From a virus (taxonomy: Duplodnaviria > Caudoviricetes), in the IMG/VR virus record IMGVR_UViG_3300023210_000034, positions 1 to 62,267 of that record: a stretch of DNA of 62,267 nucleotides; one strand, 5' to 3'. The position numbers were made by a program, and so were the translations under genes. Under the pieces are notes generated by a model. That model was not told the origin of the DNA, did no database searches, and saw only the letters and a list, made by a program, of their open reading frames with translations. Below, piece by piece: positions 46,466-56,212 of the stretch (within the stretch, counting starts at the first letter, position 1; the number at the start of each line of letters is the position of its first letter).

Positions 46466-46580
46466 TATAAATACAATGTAGTTCGCGATGCTCTAACATC
46501 CAACTACTCTATAACTGTATTATAACATAGGAGTTACAGCAATGTCAATGTTTAATAAATCTAATCTGAATATACTATAA
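46466..46580 (+). other. Orphan late promoter + hairpin leader + RBS with a 12-codon ORF (probable homing endonuclease remnant)
   Basis: TATAAATA at 46466; GTAGTT..GATG..CATC..AACTAC hairpin; AGGAG RBS; ATG 46542 MSMFNKSNLNIL*. Confidence 0.5.
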
Positions 46581-46602
46581 ACAAATATGCAAACGGCGAA
46601 CG

Positions 46603-47094
46603 TTAAGATTCATCAGTTTTAGAATAATGCGGCGAAGTGTGATAATTTCCGCGATCAGGTATGCAATATCTAATGCCGCCAGCAGGATCTTTCATATCAC
46701 CGTCACGTCGTGGAATCAAATGTACATGAGGGAACGCGACTGTTTGACCTGATGCTTTACCAGCGTTAAGTCCTACATTGAAGCCATCACACAATCCTTG
46801 TTGGACCATTTTGTTGCCTTGTATGTATGCTTGTTTCATGCATTCAGGGATTAGCTCCCACGGATTTCCACTTGAGTAAGTCAGGATTTGCTCTGGTGCA
46901 TTTGTCTTTGAGCGATCCCAATTCTCAATAAACCCTTTAGGAACGAATAGCATATGACCTTTGGTGACAGGATAGATGTCTAGATATACGTCGATATCGC
47001 CGTTGATATCGAACAACCATTCGGTCCATGGACGTAATGGTTTCAATCCTTTTTCGACGGTGTGGTTGAATTTTGCTGGCATGTTCTGCTCCAT
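46603..47094 (-). CDS. HIT family hydrolase
   Basis: DIYPVTKGHMLFVPK, GFNVGLN.G.ASGQTV.FPHVHLIPR; first His of the HxHxH triad replaced by Phe. Confidence 0.9.
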   Translation of the reverse strand: MEQNMPAKFNHTVEKGLKPLRPWTEWLFDINGDIDVYLDIYPVTKGHMLFVPKGFIENWDRSKTNAPEQILTYSSGNPWELIPECMKQAYIQGNKMVQQGLCDGFNVGLNAGKASGQTVAFPHVHLIPRRDGDMKDPAGGIRYCIPDRGNYHTSPHYSKTDES

Positions 47095-47110
47095 TTACGA
47101 TTAATGAACC

Positions 47111-47139
47111 ATTGTATCTGATTCAAGCATAGGAGTCAA
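47111..47139 (-). promoter_or_regulatory. Sigma70-type promoter
   Basis: TTGACT-N17-TACAAT. Confidence 0.55.
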
Positions 47140-47142
47140 ATG

Positions 47143-48855
47143 TTAAATGTCGTACAGTCGCTGTTCTAAATCTTCACGTGCGCCTTCTTCTTGGAAATCG
47201 CCGTGGAAGCCATATCGACCATCGTCGAGGTTGATACCTTTATCGCCGTACCAACCGCTGGTGTATTCGATATCATACAGCATGTCTTCGTCGGACAATA
47301 CATGAACGATCTCGTACAACGGCATTACATACTTTACCGGTTCATGTATACTGGTGAAAAGAATTCTTCCACCATATGGTAAGGTTGGATCATTCAGTTC
47401 GCGCTTAATAGCATTGTACACTTCGGTTTCGTAACCATATCTTACGCCAGTTTCGGTTGCCCAGTGAACAGCAGACCTGATATCGTCCATGCCTTCCATA
47501 TCTTCATATTGATCGATGGTTTCCCATATGTCACCGTCGTTCATGTTGATCCATTCGTCTAGGTCTTCCCCATTGTTATCTGCGATGACCCGCATTTTAT
47601 CTTTTAGCGTCTGGGTGAGATTGTCTGGTAATTCGTTTACAAAATCCTTCACTTGATCCGGATCAACATAATGCTCTTGATCATAGTCGCCCTGTACTAC
47701 GCCAACATAATGACTTAGATTTCCTTTTTGATAGTTCGCGAATGTTTCTAGGTCTTTGTCTTCGTCTAGTACAATTAATGCTTTGCTGTAATCTTTGATC
47801 TGGTCTTTGTCGAATGGTAGTTTTGATTCACCATCGTCATCGCTCTCAGCGAACTCAACGCGAACATAACTTATGTCATGACTGTCCAGTGTTTTTAAGA
47901 CACGATCTAATACTTCTTTAGAAGGCCCACGTGCTCTAAGCATGTCTTTCAGTGTGCCAAGATCGGGTTTCGCTTGGATTAGGCGTTCACGTTCTTGCTC
48001 TGGGAGATCGGATAGTGCGAAGTTATTCTCTGGTTGATAGCCACCACCGGATATACCTTTAACCATTTTATGTTCTAACAGTTTGATAATGTAAGGGTGA
48101 TAACGTTCTGCAGGTTTTTCATTAGCTCGACCTTTTGTTTCGCCAAGATATCCATCCTCGTCTATGATAAATGTCAGGTGGGGCTTCCAACGGTTGTTGG
48201 GTTGTAGTGAACGGAAACTCAGAATACGATGATTTTTGTATCCACCAGCGTTTCCGCAGTGTCCCATGGCGTCGGCCTCGGAAGGACATGAAGAACGATT
48301 CAATAGCCACCATGAGCCTTGATCCAGTTTGATAATTTCATGATCATCTTCTCGAATATCTACGGTTCCCTTCGCGTCTACCGCCCACTTCTTTTCATGC
48401 TCTCTGAATATATCGAACAATTCTGCAGGTTTTTCGCTCCTAAATACGTGGTTCTGTATGGCGGGAACATTATGTACAATTCCCATGAAATGCGTTAATT
48501 GTGCATGTATCCAATGGGCACGGGGAATGTTAAACATGTCTGTCCATCCCATTTTGTGCATTATTTTGGATCGAAGGTCTTTGAGTGTATCTGCTATTTC
48601 TGGATGCTGTTTAGATAGTTGACCATTGAACCCCGGCGCTCCAACTAACTCATTCAACATATCGAGCCGAACCCATTTCAAATACCATGCAATTCGGTCA
48701 TTCTTTCGAAGAAGTTCCTTTGCAAGTTTTATAGAATGTTTGCTAGTTTCGCGCCACCACGCTGCTTGTTCTTCGGGCAATATCTTCAACACACCAGCGA
48801 ACATCTGTTCGTAGTTCTGTGCCTCAGTTAAAAATGTGAATTCTCTGGCTCTCAT
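47143..48855 (-). CDS. Putative internal head protein with PcfJ-like domain
   Basis: Capsid-targeting-like N-terminus MRAREFTFLTE; EADAMGHCG...ILSFR...PHLTF...GETKGRAN; CTAAATA at 48873-48879. Confidence 0.6.
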   Translation of the reverse strand: MRAREFTFLTEAQNYEQMFAGVLKILPEEQAAWWRETSKHSIKLAKELLRKNDRIAWYLKWVRLDMLNELVGAPGFNGQLSKQHPEIADTLKDLRSKIMHKMGWTDMFNIPRAHWIHAQLTHFMGIVHNVPAIQNHVFRSEKPAELFDIFREHEKKWAVDAKGTVDIREDDHEIIKLDQGSWWLLNRSSCPSEADAMGHCGNAGGYKNHRILSFRSLQPNNRWKPHLTFIIDEDGYLGETKGRANEKPAERYHPYIIKLLEHKMVKGISGGGYQPENNFALSDLPEQERERLIQAKPDLGTLKDMLRARGPSKEVLDRVLKTLDSHDISYVRVEFAESDDDGESKLPFDKDQIKDYSKALIVLDEDKDLETFANYQKGNLSHYVGVVQGDYDQEHYVDPDQVKDFVNELPDNLTQTLKDKMRVIADNNGEDLDEWINMNDGDIWETIDQYEDMEGMDDIRSAVHWATETGVRYGYETEVYNAIKRELNDPTLPYGGRILFTSIHEPVKYVMPLYEIVHVLSDEDMLYDIEYTSGWYGDKGINLDDGRYGFHGDFQEEGAREDLEQRLYDI

Positions 48856-48887
48856 GCTAATCCCTTATAGGGTATTTAGCATTTTTC

Positions 48888-49313
48888 TCATTCGTGCTTC
48901 TTCTTCTTCAAAGCTTTCCACATCTTCACACCCTGCAACTCATGCTGATACAAGTCATATGCGGCCTTGAGTTCAGGTGGAACCAATGTTTCTTCAGCCA
49001 GAACCTTCTTTAACACCACATCATAGGCATCTCTGGCGTCTTGTAATCTACTGTATTCTTGGTGAGTTCTATCATTAGGAGTGGTATCAGGGACAACACA
49101 CAACATCTTACACAGCTTCAATACCGTGGCCATTAGCTGAACATCTGGATTGGTTTCCGTCGAAAACGTGATATCTTGCTCTGTAATCACGAGACTGTTC
49201 GCTGTCATGTCGCAACCGTCCACCAGATAGGGGTCTTTGATCGCTGTCAATGACATCGAGCTACCCCATGGCTGCGTTGATGTTGATAGGAGATTGGTAT
49301 TAATTGTTGCCAT
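48888..49313 (-). CDS. Hypothetical protein (paralog of adjacent gene)
   Basis: EYSRLQDARDAY...ELKAAYDLY...K.WKAL. Confidence 0.7.
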   Translation of the reverse strand: MATINTNLLSTSTQPWGSSMSLTAIKDPYLVDGCDMTANSLVITEQDITFSTETNPDVQLMATVLKLCKMLCVVPDTTPNDRTHQEYSRLQDARDAYDVVLKKVLAEETLVPPELKAAYDLYQHELQGVKMWKALKKKKHE

Positions 49314-49762
49314 TATTCTTCCCCACGGTTCTTCTTTGCTGGGGCCTTCAGAATTTCCCAATTCTTGAGGTTCTGTAACGTCTCCATGTATTTGTCGTAC
49401 ACTTCTTTCAACATTGGATACTTTTCTTCAATGATGGTATCCCGACGTAGGATCAACAATGTTTCTTCGATATTCTTTAGACGTTCATTGATCTCTTCTA
49501 CCTCGACAAGAATAGTCTGCATGGTGCCAGTGTCGGTATTTGGCCACGTGTTGATGGTTGTCGTGCCATCATATGGCGACTTTGTGATACCCGTTCCCGG
49601 ATAAAGCGGGTTCGGGGTAGAACTATCCGTCCACTGGCCATTGAAATGGTTACGGTAGAAATCCGTAGCGGAAGTGTTGATGTTGGTGTCATCGGTAGAT
49701 ATGTTAATCGTTTTCAGTTTATCTAATAAATCTTGGTAGTCTGTGTCGTCCATTTTACTCAT
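49313..49762 (-). CDS. Hypothetical protein
   Basis: RLKNIEETL.IL...EEKYPMLKEVYDKY...NWEIL; AAGGA RBS. Confidence 0.7.
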   Translation of the reverse strand: MSKMDDTDYQDLLDKLKTINISTDDTNINTSATDFYRNHFNGQWTDSSTPNPLYPGTGITKSPYDGTTTINTWPNTDTGTMQTILVEVEEINERLKNIEETLLILRRDTIIEEKYPMLKEVYDKYMETLQNLKNWEILKAPAKKNRGEE

Positions 49763-50033
49763 CGGATTTCCTTTCGATATCACTCTCTACACAATCACCT
49801 GATTGTATCTCTATGATATGCAATACTTCTGTTTCACTGGTATTAATTAGTTGATGCCATTCATACATCATATGACATGACGGGGTTCATTTGCCGGTTG
49901 CTAATAATATCATGATACCAGTTGGTATATTTGTTGTTTATGAACATTTCGTGGTTCCTCCAAGGTCGTATTGTATTTTATACAACCTTGGATCAAAGCC
50001 ACCAGATACTACAACTATCTTATACGAGTCCAC
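49755..50033 (-). pseudogene. Relic of a cytidylyltransferase-cupin gene interrupted by a homing endonuclease fragment
   Basis: GTG-DSYKIVVVSGGFDP (50033 onward); MFINNKYTNWYHDIISNR (49947-49861); EWHQLIN...IIEIQSGDCVESDIER (49871-49755). Confidence 0.7.
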
Positions 50034-50283
50034 CGTTCCACTCTTTCATGGTTGCGGCGTGAGCTTGTACCGCATTGGTATCGAAGTTCCAATTGCGATC
50101 ATCCCGTTTCCAATGGTTAGGGATTTTGTACTTGTTGACTGGATTCTTGAAACTTAAATAGTCCTTCCAGTTTTCCTTGTTGTGCTGATACATATCAGCT
50201 TCGTTAAATACTCTACCAAATCGAACACAAAACTTTGTGTATTCGTCCACGTCATAGAAAATTTTACTCGACTCTCGCTTCAT
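50020..50283 (-). CDS. Hypothetical phage protein
   Basis: KIFYDVDEY..FC.RFG.VFNEADMY; AAGGAG RBS before 50283. Confidence 0.75.
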   Translation of the reverse strand: MKRESSKIFYDVDEYTKFCVRFGRVFNEADMYQHNKENWKDYLSFKNPVNKYKIPNHWKRDDRNWNFDTNAVQAHAATMKEWNGGLV

Positions 50284-50293
50284 ATTGTGCTCC

Positions 50294-51031
50294 TTAAAGC
50301 GTTTGTTTTGGCAAATAGTAGGTGTACTCTGCAAACCCGCTATCGACCGTGATGCGCATTATTCCTCTTTGGGAAAATTGTATGCACATCTCATCCTCCA
50401 ATCTGAGAATGTTCAGGACTTGTTTTGTGTTCCAGTAGAATTCAGATGGGTACGATGTGCCCACCTGTTCCGCGAACTTAAACCGTCCTGCATTAGTGGC
50501 CTCGTCTCCGAAGCAAAAATATAGATCACCGTCTTCAACTTCACATCTAAACTTCTCCCCATCTGCAATATCCGCTTGCCATTTCATTTGATCGATGGCA
50601 TTGTCCTCTGGTATGATATTGATCTCGTATGACTTCGGCATCATTTTCTCGATCTCAATTCGTCCCATCTCATCCAAAATAACATGAGTTGTCTGGAGAC
50701 GATGATCGTTCTGAAATTCGCTAGTTGTCGTCTCAAAATGTAATGATGCAGGAGAGGACACTCCATTACGTTCACGTGATTCGATCTCAATAACACAGTT
50801 TTTCTTGTATGGTTCGATCTTAAGAAGATTCTGAATCTTTGGAAGGTTCGGGATACCAAATTCTCCGTGAAGAAGTGGCATTGTTCCATGTAGTACTGCC
50901 TTCAATACTACTTGGTGGTCATCGGTAACCCCTTCGATATACACGGTATCTTCCCGTGCATCGACCTTTACCCTGTCCATTAGCCCTAACATAGTTGTAT
51001 GTTTGACTAGATCATCTAGAAACGTCTTCAT
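50294..51031 (-). CDS. DNA polymerase sliding clamp (gp45-like), putative
   Basis: 245 aa, directly downstream of the polymerase, beta-rich, ends GIMRITVDSGFAEYTYYLP. Confidence 0.7.
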   Translation of the reverse strand: MKTFLDDLVKHTTMLGLMDRVKVDAREDTVYIEGVTDDHQVVLKAVLHGTMPLLHGEFGIPNLPKIQNLLKIEPYKKNCVIEIESRERNGVSSPASLHFETTTSEFQNDHRLQTTHVILDEMGRIEIEKMMPKSYEINIIPEDNAIDQMKWQADIADGEKFRCEVEDGDLYFCFGDEATNAGRFKFAEQVGTSYPSEFYWNTKQVLNILRLEDEMCIQFSQRGIMRITVDSGFAEYTYYLPKQTL

Positions 51032-51079
51032 GTATTCTCCTACTATTAATTGTACCTGAAACTTGCATGTAATACAAGT

Positions 51080-53788
51080 TTATTTTGTAATTGTGAAAAA
51101 GGTATTGAATGCGGTGGTGATGTCGGTAGCGGTCCTTAATTCCCACTCCAAGATACCAAGCAGGTTGTCAACTTTCTTGCCAACAATTGCTTCTTCCATC
51201 GCTGCGTCATCGAACGGTAATTCAGTGAACCATTCCGGCAAACGCTTTTCATCAATGGGATATCCAATTCTCTCGTAGCCTAAAGAATTTGGTCTAAGCT
51301 GACATACAATGGTTTTCTGCCCATCAACAATTCCCATGCTGTGTTGATCACCATTGAATTCTTTCAAGCTATTCCAGTGCCATGCTGCGCGAACGTGACC
51401 GGGCATATTGGATTTGCCGTGGTGGATTTCATGATGAGTATATCTGGTGAGATTGTTAACTCGTTTCGGTGTACCCTTTTCCCACGGCTGCAAATTGTGG
51501 AACTCAGTCTTGAATGCAACGATCTTATCAACAATGCTCTCTCTTGATTTACCATCCAATAGATCAGTCAAAATGTCACCCAAGAACACCTGAACCTTCG
51601 CTGGGGTATCCGACCGTTTCAAGTCCAAGCCCATAGCTTTCAGTTTAGGGGTATTCAATCGTTTGCCTTCATAATCATAGATGGACAATGCGTAGCGTTT
51701 CTTCTTGATAAACAACCCACGAGAAGCCACCATCTCACGACCACCCTTGATGATTGCACCAAGTTCTTCGGGACACTTAAAGGCTTTAGCCATGAAAGCA
51801 GGGAAGGAGTCGTTGACCGAATCAGATAATGCATCGTACAGTTCAACAACATTGCTGTTTGTCCAATGAATGTCACCGGCCTCGATCTGTTTAGCCAGAA
51901 CCTTATCACCACTGAAATACACCGAGTCAGTATCGCCGTAAATGATAGATTCACCTAAGTGATCATATTCGCCCGTTAACGTTTCGTTAACATATGCAGA
52001 CATGTGTTTGGTGATACATCTTCCCGTTAGAGTAGTACTTTGTCCAAGACGTTGATCATAAAATCTACACCATTGGTTCAACAAAGCGCCGTATAAACTG
52101 TTCAAGTTAATCTTCTTCACATGTTGACGCTTATCCCAAAATGATATTTCTTCTGGATCGGTGGCGGCATACATTTTCTTCTGTAGTTCTTTACGTTCAG
52201 CGTACCATTTCCGAAGTAACCCCGGAATGATTGCTTCGTGCTCGGTATCAAACAAGGTACCGTTTGCGCTAAGACACAAAAAGTTCTCTGTATTGAATAC
52301 CATATTATATACTTCGGCAGCACTATTGGTTGATATTTCACCATCGAACCATTCAATTTGGATCATAGTGTCGGTCTCTTGGTTCATTACTGCTTGGTAT
52401 TCCAATGATCCGAACACGCCTTCCCATGCTGCAGCAAATGACATTCCCTTCTTGGGTTTGCCCTTTACCATCGTAGGAGCCATTTTATCGGCAATCATTT
52501 GATCGGTCATGGTGGGGATTAGTTGCCCCTTCAATGTTTCCGGTGCCATATTCAATGCACGAATAGCACTTGGGTACAATGAGTTGATATCGATTGAGCC
52601 AATCTGTTCATGTATTCCGCGTTTGGGTGGCGCTACGTATGCACCCGCCGCACGATTGGCTTCAGCCCTCGCTTCGGCTTCTTCCTCGGTCTCATTGAAA
52701 TTGCGTTCGGCTTTGTTCTGAACCACTAGTCCTTGAGCGTGTGCTTCATTGATGATGCCCTGCTCGGTCACGGCAACAGCACCCATCGTCGTTGGGATTA
52801 ATACGGTGTTAGCGTGAGCCAGTGCGTTCGCCAGATCGATAAACTTGTTGCGTTCATCAATACGAAATAACAGCATAGCATCCTGTAAACTGTATTCAAC
52901 AAACTTTCGGAAGTCATTGTTGTACAGTTGATCCAATGTGCCTTCGTATTCCACTTTCTTCTCGCCAAGTTCATACTCGGCAATAGCGTCCAACGAATAC
53001 GAGTGCATTTCGTGGTATGTGTACTTTTCGTACAAGTTCATGTAATCCAGATGGATACGACCAACTAGATCATAGGTAAGTTGTTCCGCACCGTATTTTT
53101 CAAATACTCGCTTCTTGGGCTGCTCGTTCCATAAACAAAACTCGTTCATGCGGGTTTCGCCAAATAACCACTTTACTCGGTGGAGCATGTATGGAATATC
53201 ATACGTGGTTGAATTCCAACCAGACAATACATCCGCATCTTGAATGATTCCAATGAAGGTAGATAACATCTCTTCTTCACTATCGAACAGAGTCACGCCT
53301 TTGAGGTCTTCGACTTCTCGTTCGGCTTCTTCCATTGTCATACCCTCGGGAGGTATCGCGTATGCTATAAGTTCATTAGACCAATCCAGATAACAACTGA
53401 TAGCTGTGATCTTATTGAACGCTTCTTCGGTACTACTATAGCCACGAACTTTATCGAAATCTGTCTCGATATCGAAGAAGCAGGTATGTAATTTTGGAAT
53501 CTCGGCGTCTAGATATTCTGTAGACAAACATTTAGCCACGGGTCTGATGTCAGATTCCCATAGGTTTTTGTGTTCGTGCTTGTACTTCTTCTTTTTGAAG
53601 TCAGCTAAATCTTTGCAGTTCACTTTGGTTACACGTGTACCGTAAGTAGTAGTACAGTCACCATTAGGATTAGTGAAGTAGAACTGGTAAATGGCCGGGT
53701 ATTCTTTGAATACTCGTTTACCATCTACCCGTTCCACGACTTTAATCACTTCGTTGAACATACCGCCTTGTATTGCATCAACGTACAT
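51080..53788 (-). CDS. Family B DNA polymerase (T4 gp43-like)
   Basis: Exo FFDIET, GWNS..YD.PY; polymerase DINSLYPS, KINLNSLYG, YGDTDS, KKRY. Confidence 0.97.
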   Translation of the reverse strand: MYVDAIQGGMFNEVIKVVERVDGKRVFKEYPAIYQFYFTNPNGDCTTTYGTRVTKVNCKDLADFKKKKYKHEHKNLWESDIRPVAKCLSTEYLDAEIPKLHTCFFDIETDFDKVRGYSSTEEAFNKITAISCYLDWSNELIAYAIPPEGMTMEEAEREVEDLKGVTLFDSEEEMLSTFIGIIQDADVLSGWNSTTYDIPYMLHRVKWLFGETRMNEFCLWNEQPKKRVFEKYGAEQLTYDLVGRIHLDYMNLYEKYTYHEMHSYSLDAIAEYELGEKKVEYEGTLDQLYNNDFRKFVEYSLQDAMLLFRIDERNKFIDLANALAHANTVLIPTTMGAVAVTEQGIINEAHAQGLVVQNKAERNFNETEEEAEARAEANRAAGAYVAPPKRGIHEQIGSIDINSLYPSAIRALNMAPETLKGQLIPTMTDQMIADKMAPTMVKGKPKKGMSFAAAWEGVFGSLEYQAVMNQETDTMIQIEWFDGEISTNSAAEVYNMVFNTENFLCLSANGTLFDTEHEAIIPGLLRKWYAERKELQKKMYAATDPEEISFWDKRQHVKKINLNSLYGALLNQWCRFYDQRLGQSTTLTGRCITKHMSAYVNETLTGEYDHLGESIIYGDTDSVYFSGDKVLAKQIEAGDIHWTNSNVVELYDALSDSVNDSFPAFMAKAFKCPEELGAIIKGGREMVASRGLFIKKKRYALSIYDYEGKRLNTPKLKAMGLDLKRSDTPAKVQVFLGDILTDLLDGKSRESIVDKIVAFKTEFHNLQPWEKGTPKRVNNLTRYTHHEIHHGKSNMPGHVRAAWHWNSLKEFNGDQHSMGIVDGQKTIVCQLRPNSLGYERIGYPIDEKRLPEWFTELPFDDAAMEEAIVGKKVDNLLGILEWELRTATDITTAFNTFFTITK

Positions 53789-53791
53789 GTA

Positions 53792-54049
53792 TTAAATTTT
53801 ACCAGTGGTTGCTAGAATTGATTCCAATAGTTCGTAATCACTTGTTTGATCACCGAAGTCGCCTCTGTGGGCTACCTTGATGGCTTTATTCAAAACACTT
53901 GCTTTGATTTCTAGTTCTTTTGCAATCGCCGCGACAGTATCTTTCAACCCGCCTTGCATTGTTTCAACTTCTTGCAAAACTGTCATACCCTCGGTTAGTA
54001 GTTGGGTTAGTTTTGCTTTCTCTTCTTGTCCGAAAACTCTATCACTCAT
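53792..54049 (-). CDS. Small dsDNA-binding protein (T4 DsbA/GapR-like), putative
   Basis: Helical pattern L..EG..V..E.E....LKD...IAKEL.IK...L.KAIK.AH. Confidence 0.55.
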   Translation of the reverse strand: MSDRVFGQEEKAKLTQLLTEGMTVLQEVETMQGGLKDTVAAIAKELEIKASVLNKAIKVAHRGDFGDQTSDYELLESILATTGKI

Positions 54050-54108
54050 GTTGTATCTCCTTACTGTAGATACATTATATTATAAATCGTTGTCTGGAGT
54101 CTAGTTTT

Positions 54109-54756
54109 TTATTGACCTAATACGCCAGCGAACAAACCATTCAATGCTTGGATGAATGATACCTTGTCGTGGCCCATGCGCATAGCCATTGCTCTGGCTA
54201 AATCTTCATCGAAACCCTTCTTGAGAAGTTTGGCAGTGGTTTGATCGATGTTGCGTTGGGTGTATAAATCTTGGGTTTTCCGTTCAGCATCGTTCTCTTG
54301 ATCGGTGCCTTTCCAGAAATCCTTGAAACTTTCGTTTGTGTCGGCTTCACTCATTGGCGCTTTACATTGGAAACATTGCTCATCATACACCACATTATCG
54401 GCACCACACTGTTGGCATGGTTTCATCTTTGGTTCATAATCGCTTTTATCAGCACCAACCAATCTATGACTGAATGGATGCTCTTGGTATGGATCGCCTG
54501 TTGCTGGAGATGCCGCCTCATGGCCTTTGACCTGTGCACCGGGTGCTGGACCCTGTTGTGCTTCGACTACATGTCGTTCTGGATTAACAGAATGGAAGCC
54601 TGCGAGAATATTGCGCATTGCCTGCTGATCCATTGATCCAGCACCTGTTGTTGGTGCAGGTCCAGCGGTGCCGGTCTCGCGATTTGTTACTCGTTGGTTG
54701 TTATCGATTTGGCTTAGTTTACCAAGGATATTGGCTAATTCATTATCTGCGGCCAT
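54109..54756 (-). CDS. Hypothetical protein with zinc ribbon, probable virion/internal protein
   Basis: CQQC...CFQC; x-x-E junctions VVEA, TNES; EHPFSHRLVG. Confidence 0.65.
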   Translation of the reverse strand: MAADNELANILGKLSQIDNNQRVTNRETGTAGPAPTTGAGSMDQQAMRNILAGFHSVNPERHVVEAQQGPAPGAQVKGHEAASPATGDPYQEHPFSHRLVGADKSDYEPKMKPCQQCGADNVVYDEQCFQCKAPMSEADTNESFKDFWKGTDQENDAERKTQDLYTQRNIDQTTAKLLKKGFDEDLARAMAMRMGHDKVSFIQALNGLFAGVLGQ

Positions 54757-55567
54757 GTTGACTCTTTCTCTCGTTTAATTCGGATTCGAACGCCTGTTTG
54801 ATTGCTTGGAGCACATCGGCGTCTTGTAGTAATTCGTGCTTGCTTGATACCCAATCTACAAAATCTTGTTGTTCCATCGGCCAAACATCTGAGTTGATAA
54901 CATCTTTTGCTGTTTCAACTGCGGCCTCGTACTCTTGGTCCATTTCGTCGTCGGTTGGATCATTATCGTATGGGCTAATCATTCCACCACGATATGGGTC
55001 GGCTTCTTTGAATTGCATGTACGTTCCTTCATGAACTTCATGGCGCTTCTCCATCCGTTGAATTCTGGCTGAATTAACGTTGTTGAAATACGCAGTCTTT
55101 TCTTGGTCGGATAGTGCGGCGATACTTTCTTTAACACGTTGGAATGATTCCGGTAGCTTGTTTTTATACAATGGATTGCCGTGTTTTGCCTTGTAGTTGT
55201 CAATCGCATCCTGATTATGATCAACTGGTTTCTTATGTTTTCGTTCCTGCCGATTTATCTCTCGTTCAACATCGATGCGATCTCTTGACATTTGATGATC
55301 GTGAGCATTCTTTTCTGAATGTGGTTTATCAGGATCGTGTTGATGATCCTGTGGTCTAGCGAATTTCGAGACGCCTTCGCCAACATCTTTTGGTTTCATG
55401 GCTTTATTCCATTTCTCACTACCACCAGATTTACCAGCATCATAAGCAAGCATTCCGCCTTTATCTTTGTGACCGTAATCGGCACCATTGGCACCAATCA
55501 CGTGACCGCGATTATCAATTTGATAACTCTCGTTCAGTATAGCTAATTTACCAAGCAGTTCTTTCAT
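54743..55567 (-). CDS. Hypothetical protein, probable internal head protein
   Basis: N-terminus MKELLGKLAILNES; further sites VGEG, LPES, VKES, VHEG, FKEA. Confidence 0.65.
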   Translation of the reverse strand: MKELLGKLAILNESYQIDNRGHVIGANGADYGHKDKGGMLAYDAGKSGGSEKWNKAMKPKDVGEGVSKFARPQDHQHDPDKPHSEKNAHDHQMSRDRIDVEREINRQERKHKKPVDHNQDAIDNYKAKHGNPLYKNKLPESFQRVKESIAALSDQEKTAYFNNVNSARIQRMEKRHEVHEGTYMQFKEADPYRGGMISPYDNDPTDDEMDQEYEAAVETAKDVINSDVWPMEQQDFVDWVSSKHELLQDADVLQAIKQAFESELNERKSQHGRR

Positions 55568-55576
55568 CGTGTTTCC

Positions 55577-56212
55577 TTAGAGTGCTGAGTTCAGAACTTC
55601 CATTACAGCTTCCCAAATATCTTCTGCTTGGAAACCTGTTTCGAGTTTAAGATCAGACTCGTTCAGAGATTTGATCATGTCTTGTTCTGTGACATGTGCA
55701 GAAGCACGAACTGTGCTTAGATTTTCAGCTACTGTATGAAGAACATATGCTTTCTGTTGATCATGTGCCAACATCTCTTCAGAAGCTTCGCGTAGAACAG
55801 CTACAACTTGTGACAGTTTATAACCAAATTCTTCACTCAAAGAACGACTTTCGTTCTCAACTTCGCTGATCTTATCTTCAAATGATGGGGATAGTTCTGC
55901 CATTCCGTGATCAACATCGGACATTCCGGAGTGACCGAGGTCATCTCCGTCTTCTTTTGTCATGGTCAGGGTATCACCCGGCTCCATATCTTCTGCAAAA
56001 CGCTCGGCATTACGACGAGCTTTCTCGATTGTTTTAGCGAAATCGCCGTGCAATGTTTTACCAGAGTTAGTAACTGCTACCCAATAACCGGGAATACGAG
56101 TACCTTCTTTGATTACTTTCCCGCCGCGCTTTCCTCTTGATTCTGTAATAACTGGCTTTTCGGCTGATGTTACGACATTGATTAGATTTTTAAAGTTATC
56201 TCTTTGATCCAT
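55577..56212 (-). CDS. Hypothetical protein, probable internal head protein
   Basis: Start MDQRDNFKNLI at 56212; VITES, IKEG, VTEQ, LNES; CTAAATA at 56236-56242. Confidence 0.65.
   Translation of the reverse strand: MDQRDNFKNLINVVTSAEKPVITESRGKRGGKVIKEGTRIPGYWVAVTNSGKTLHGDFAKTIEKARRNAERFAEDMEPGDTLTMTKEDGDDLGHSGMSDVDHGMAELSPSFEDKISEVENESRSLSEEFGYKLSQVVAVLREASEEMLAHDQQKAYVLHTVAENLSTVRASAHVTEQDMIKSLNESDLKLETGFQAEDIWEAVMEVLNSAL

Noticed and set aside
46398-46499. N-terminal extension of ORF 45924-46499
   Set aside because: It runs through the AT-rich intergenic and antisense-promoter region; the Met at 46397 is the more plausible start.
49959-49992. Group I intron P1 helix at the GGFDP insertion site
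   Set aside because: No catalytic core elements are recognisable and the U-G pair does not fall at the apparent exon end; an RBS-sequestering hairpin explains it better.
51080-53788. Intein or intron in the DNA polymerase
   Set aside because: The 902-aa length is normal, motifs are contiguous, and no intein splice-junction signatures are seen.
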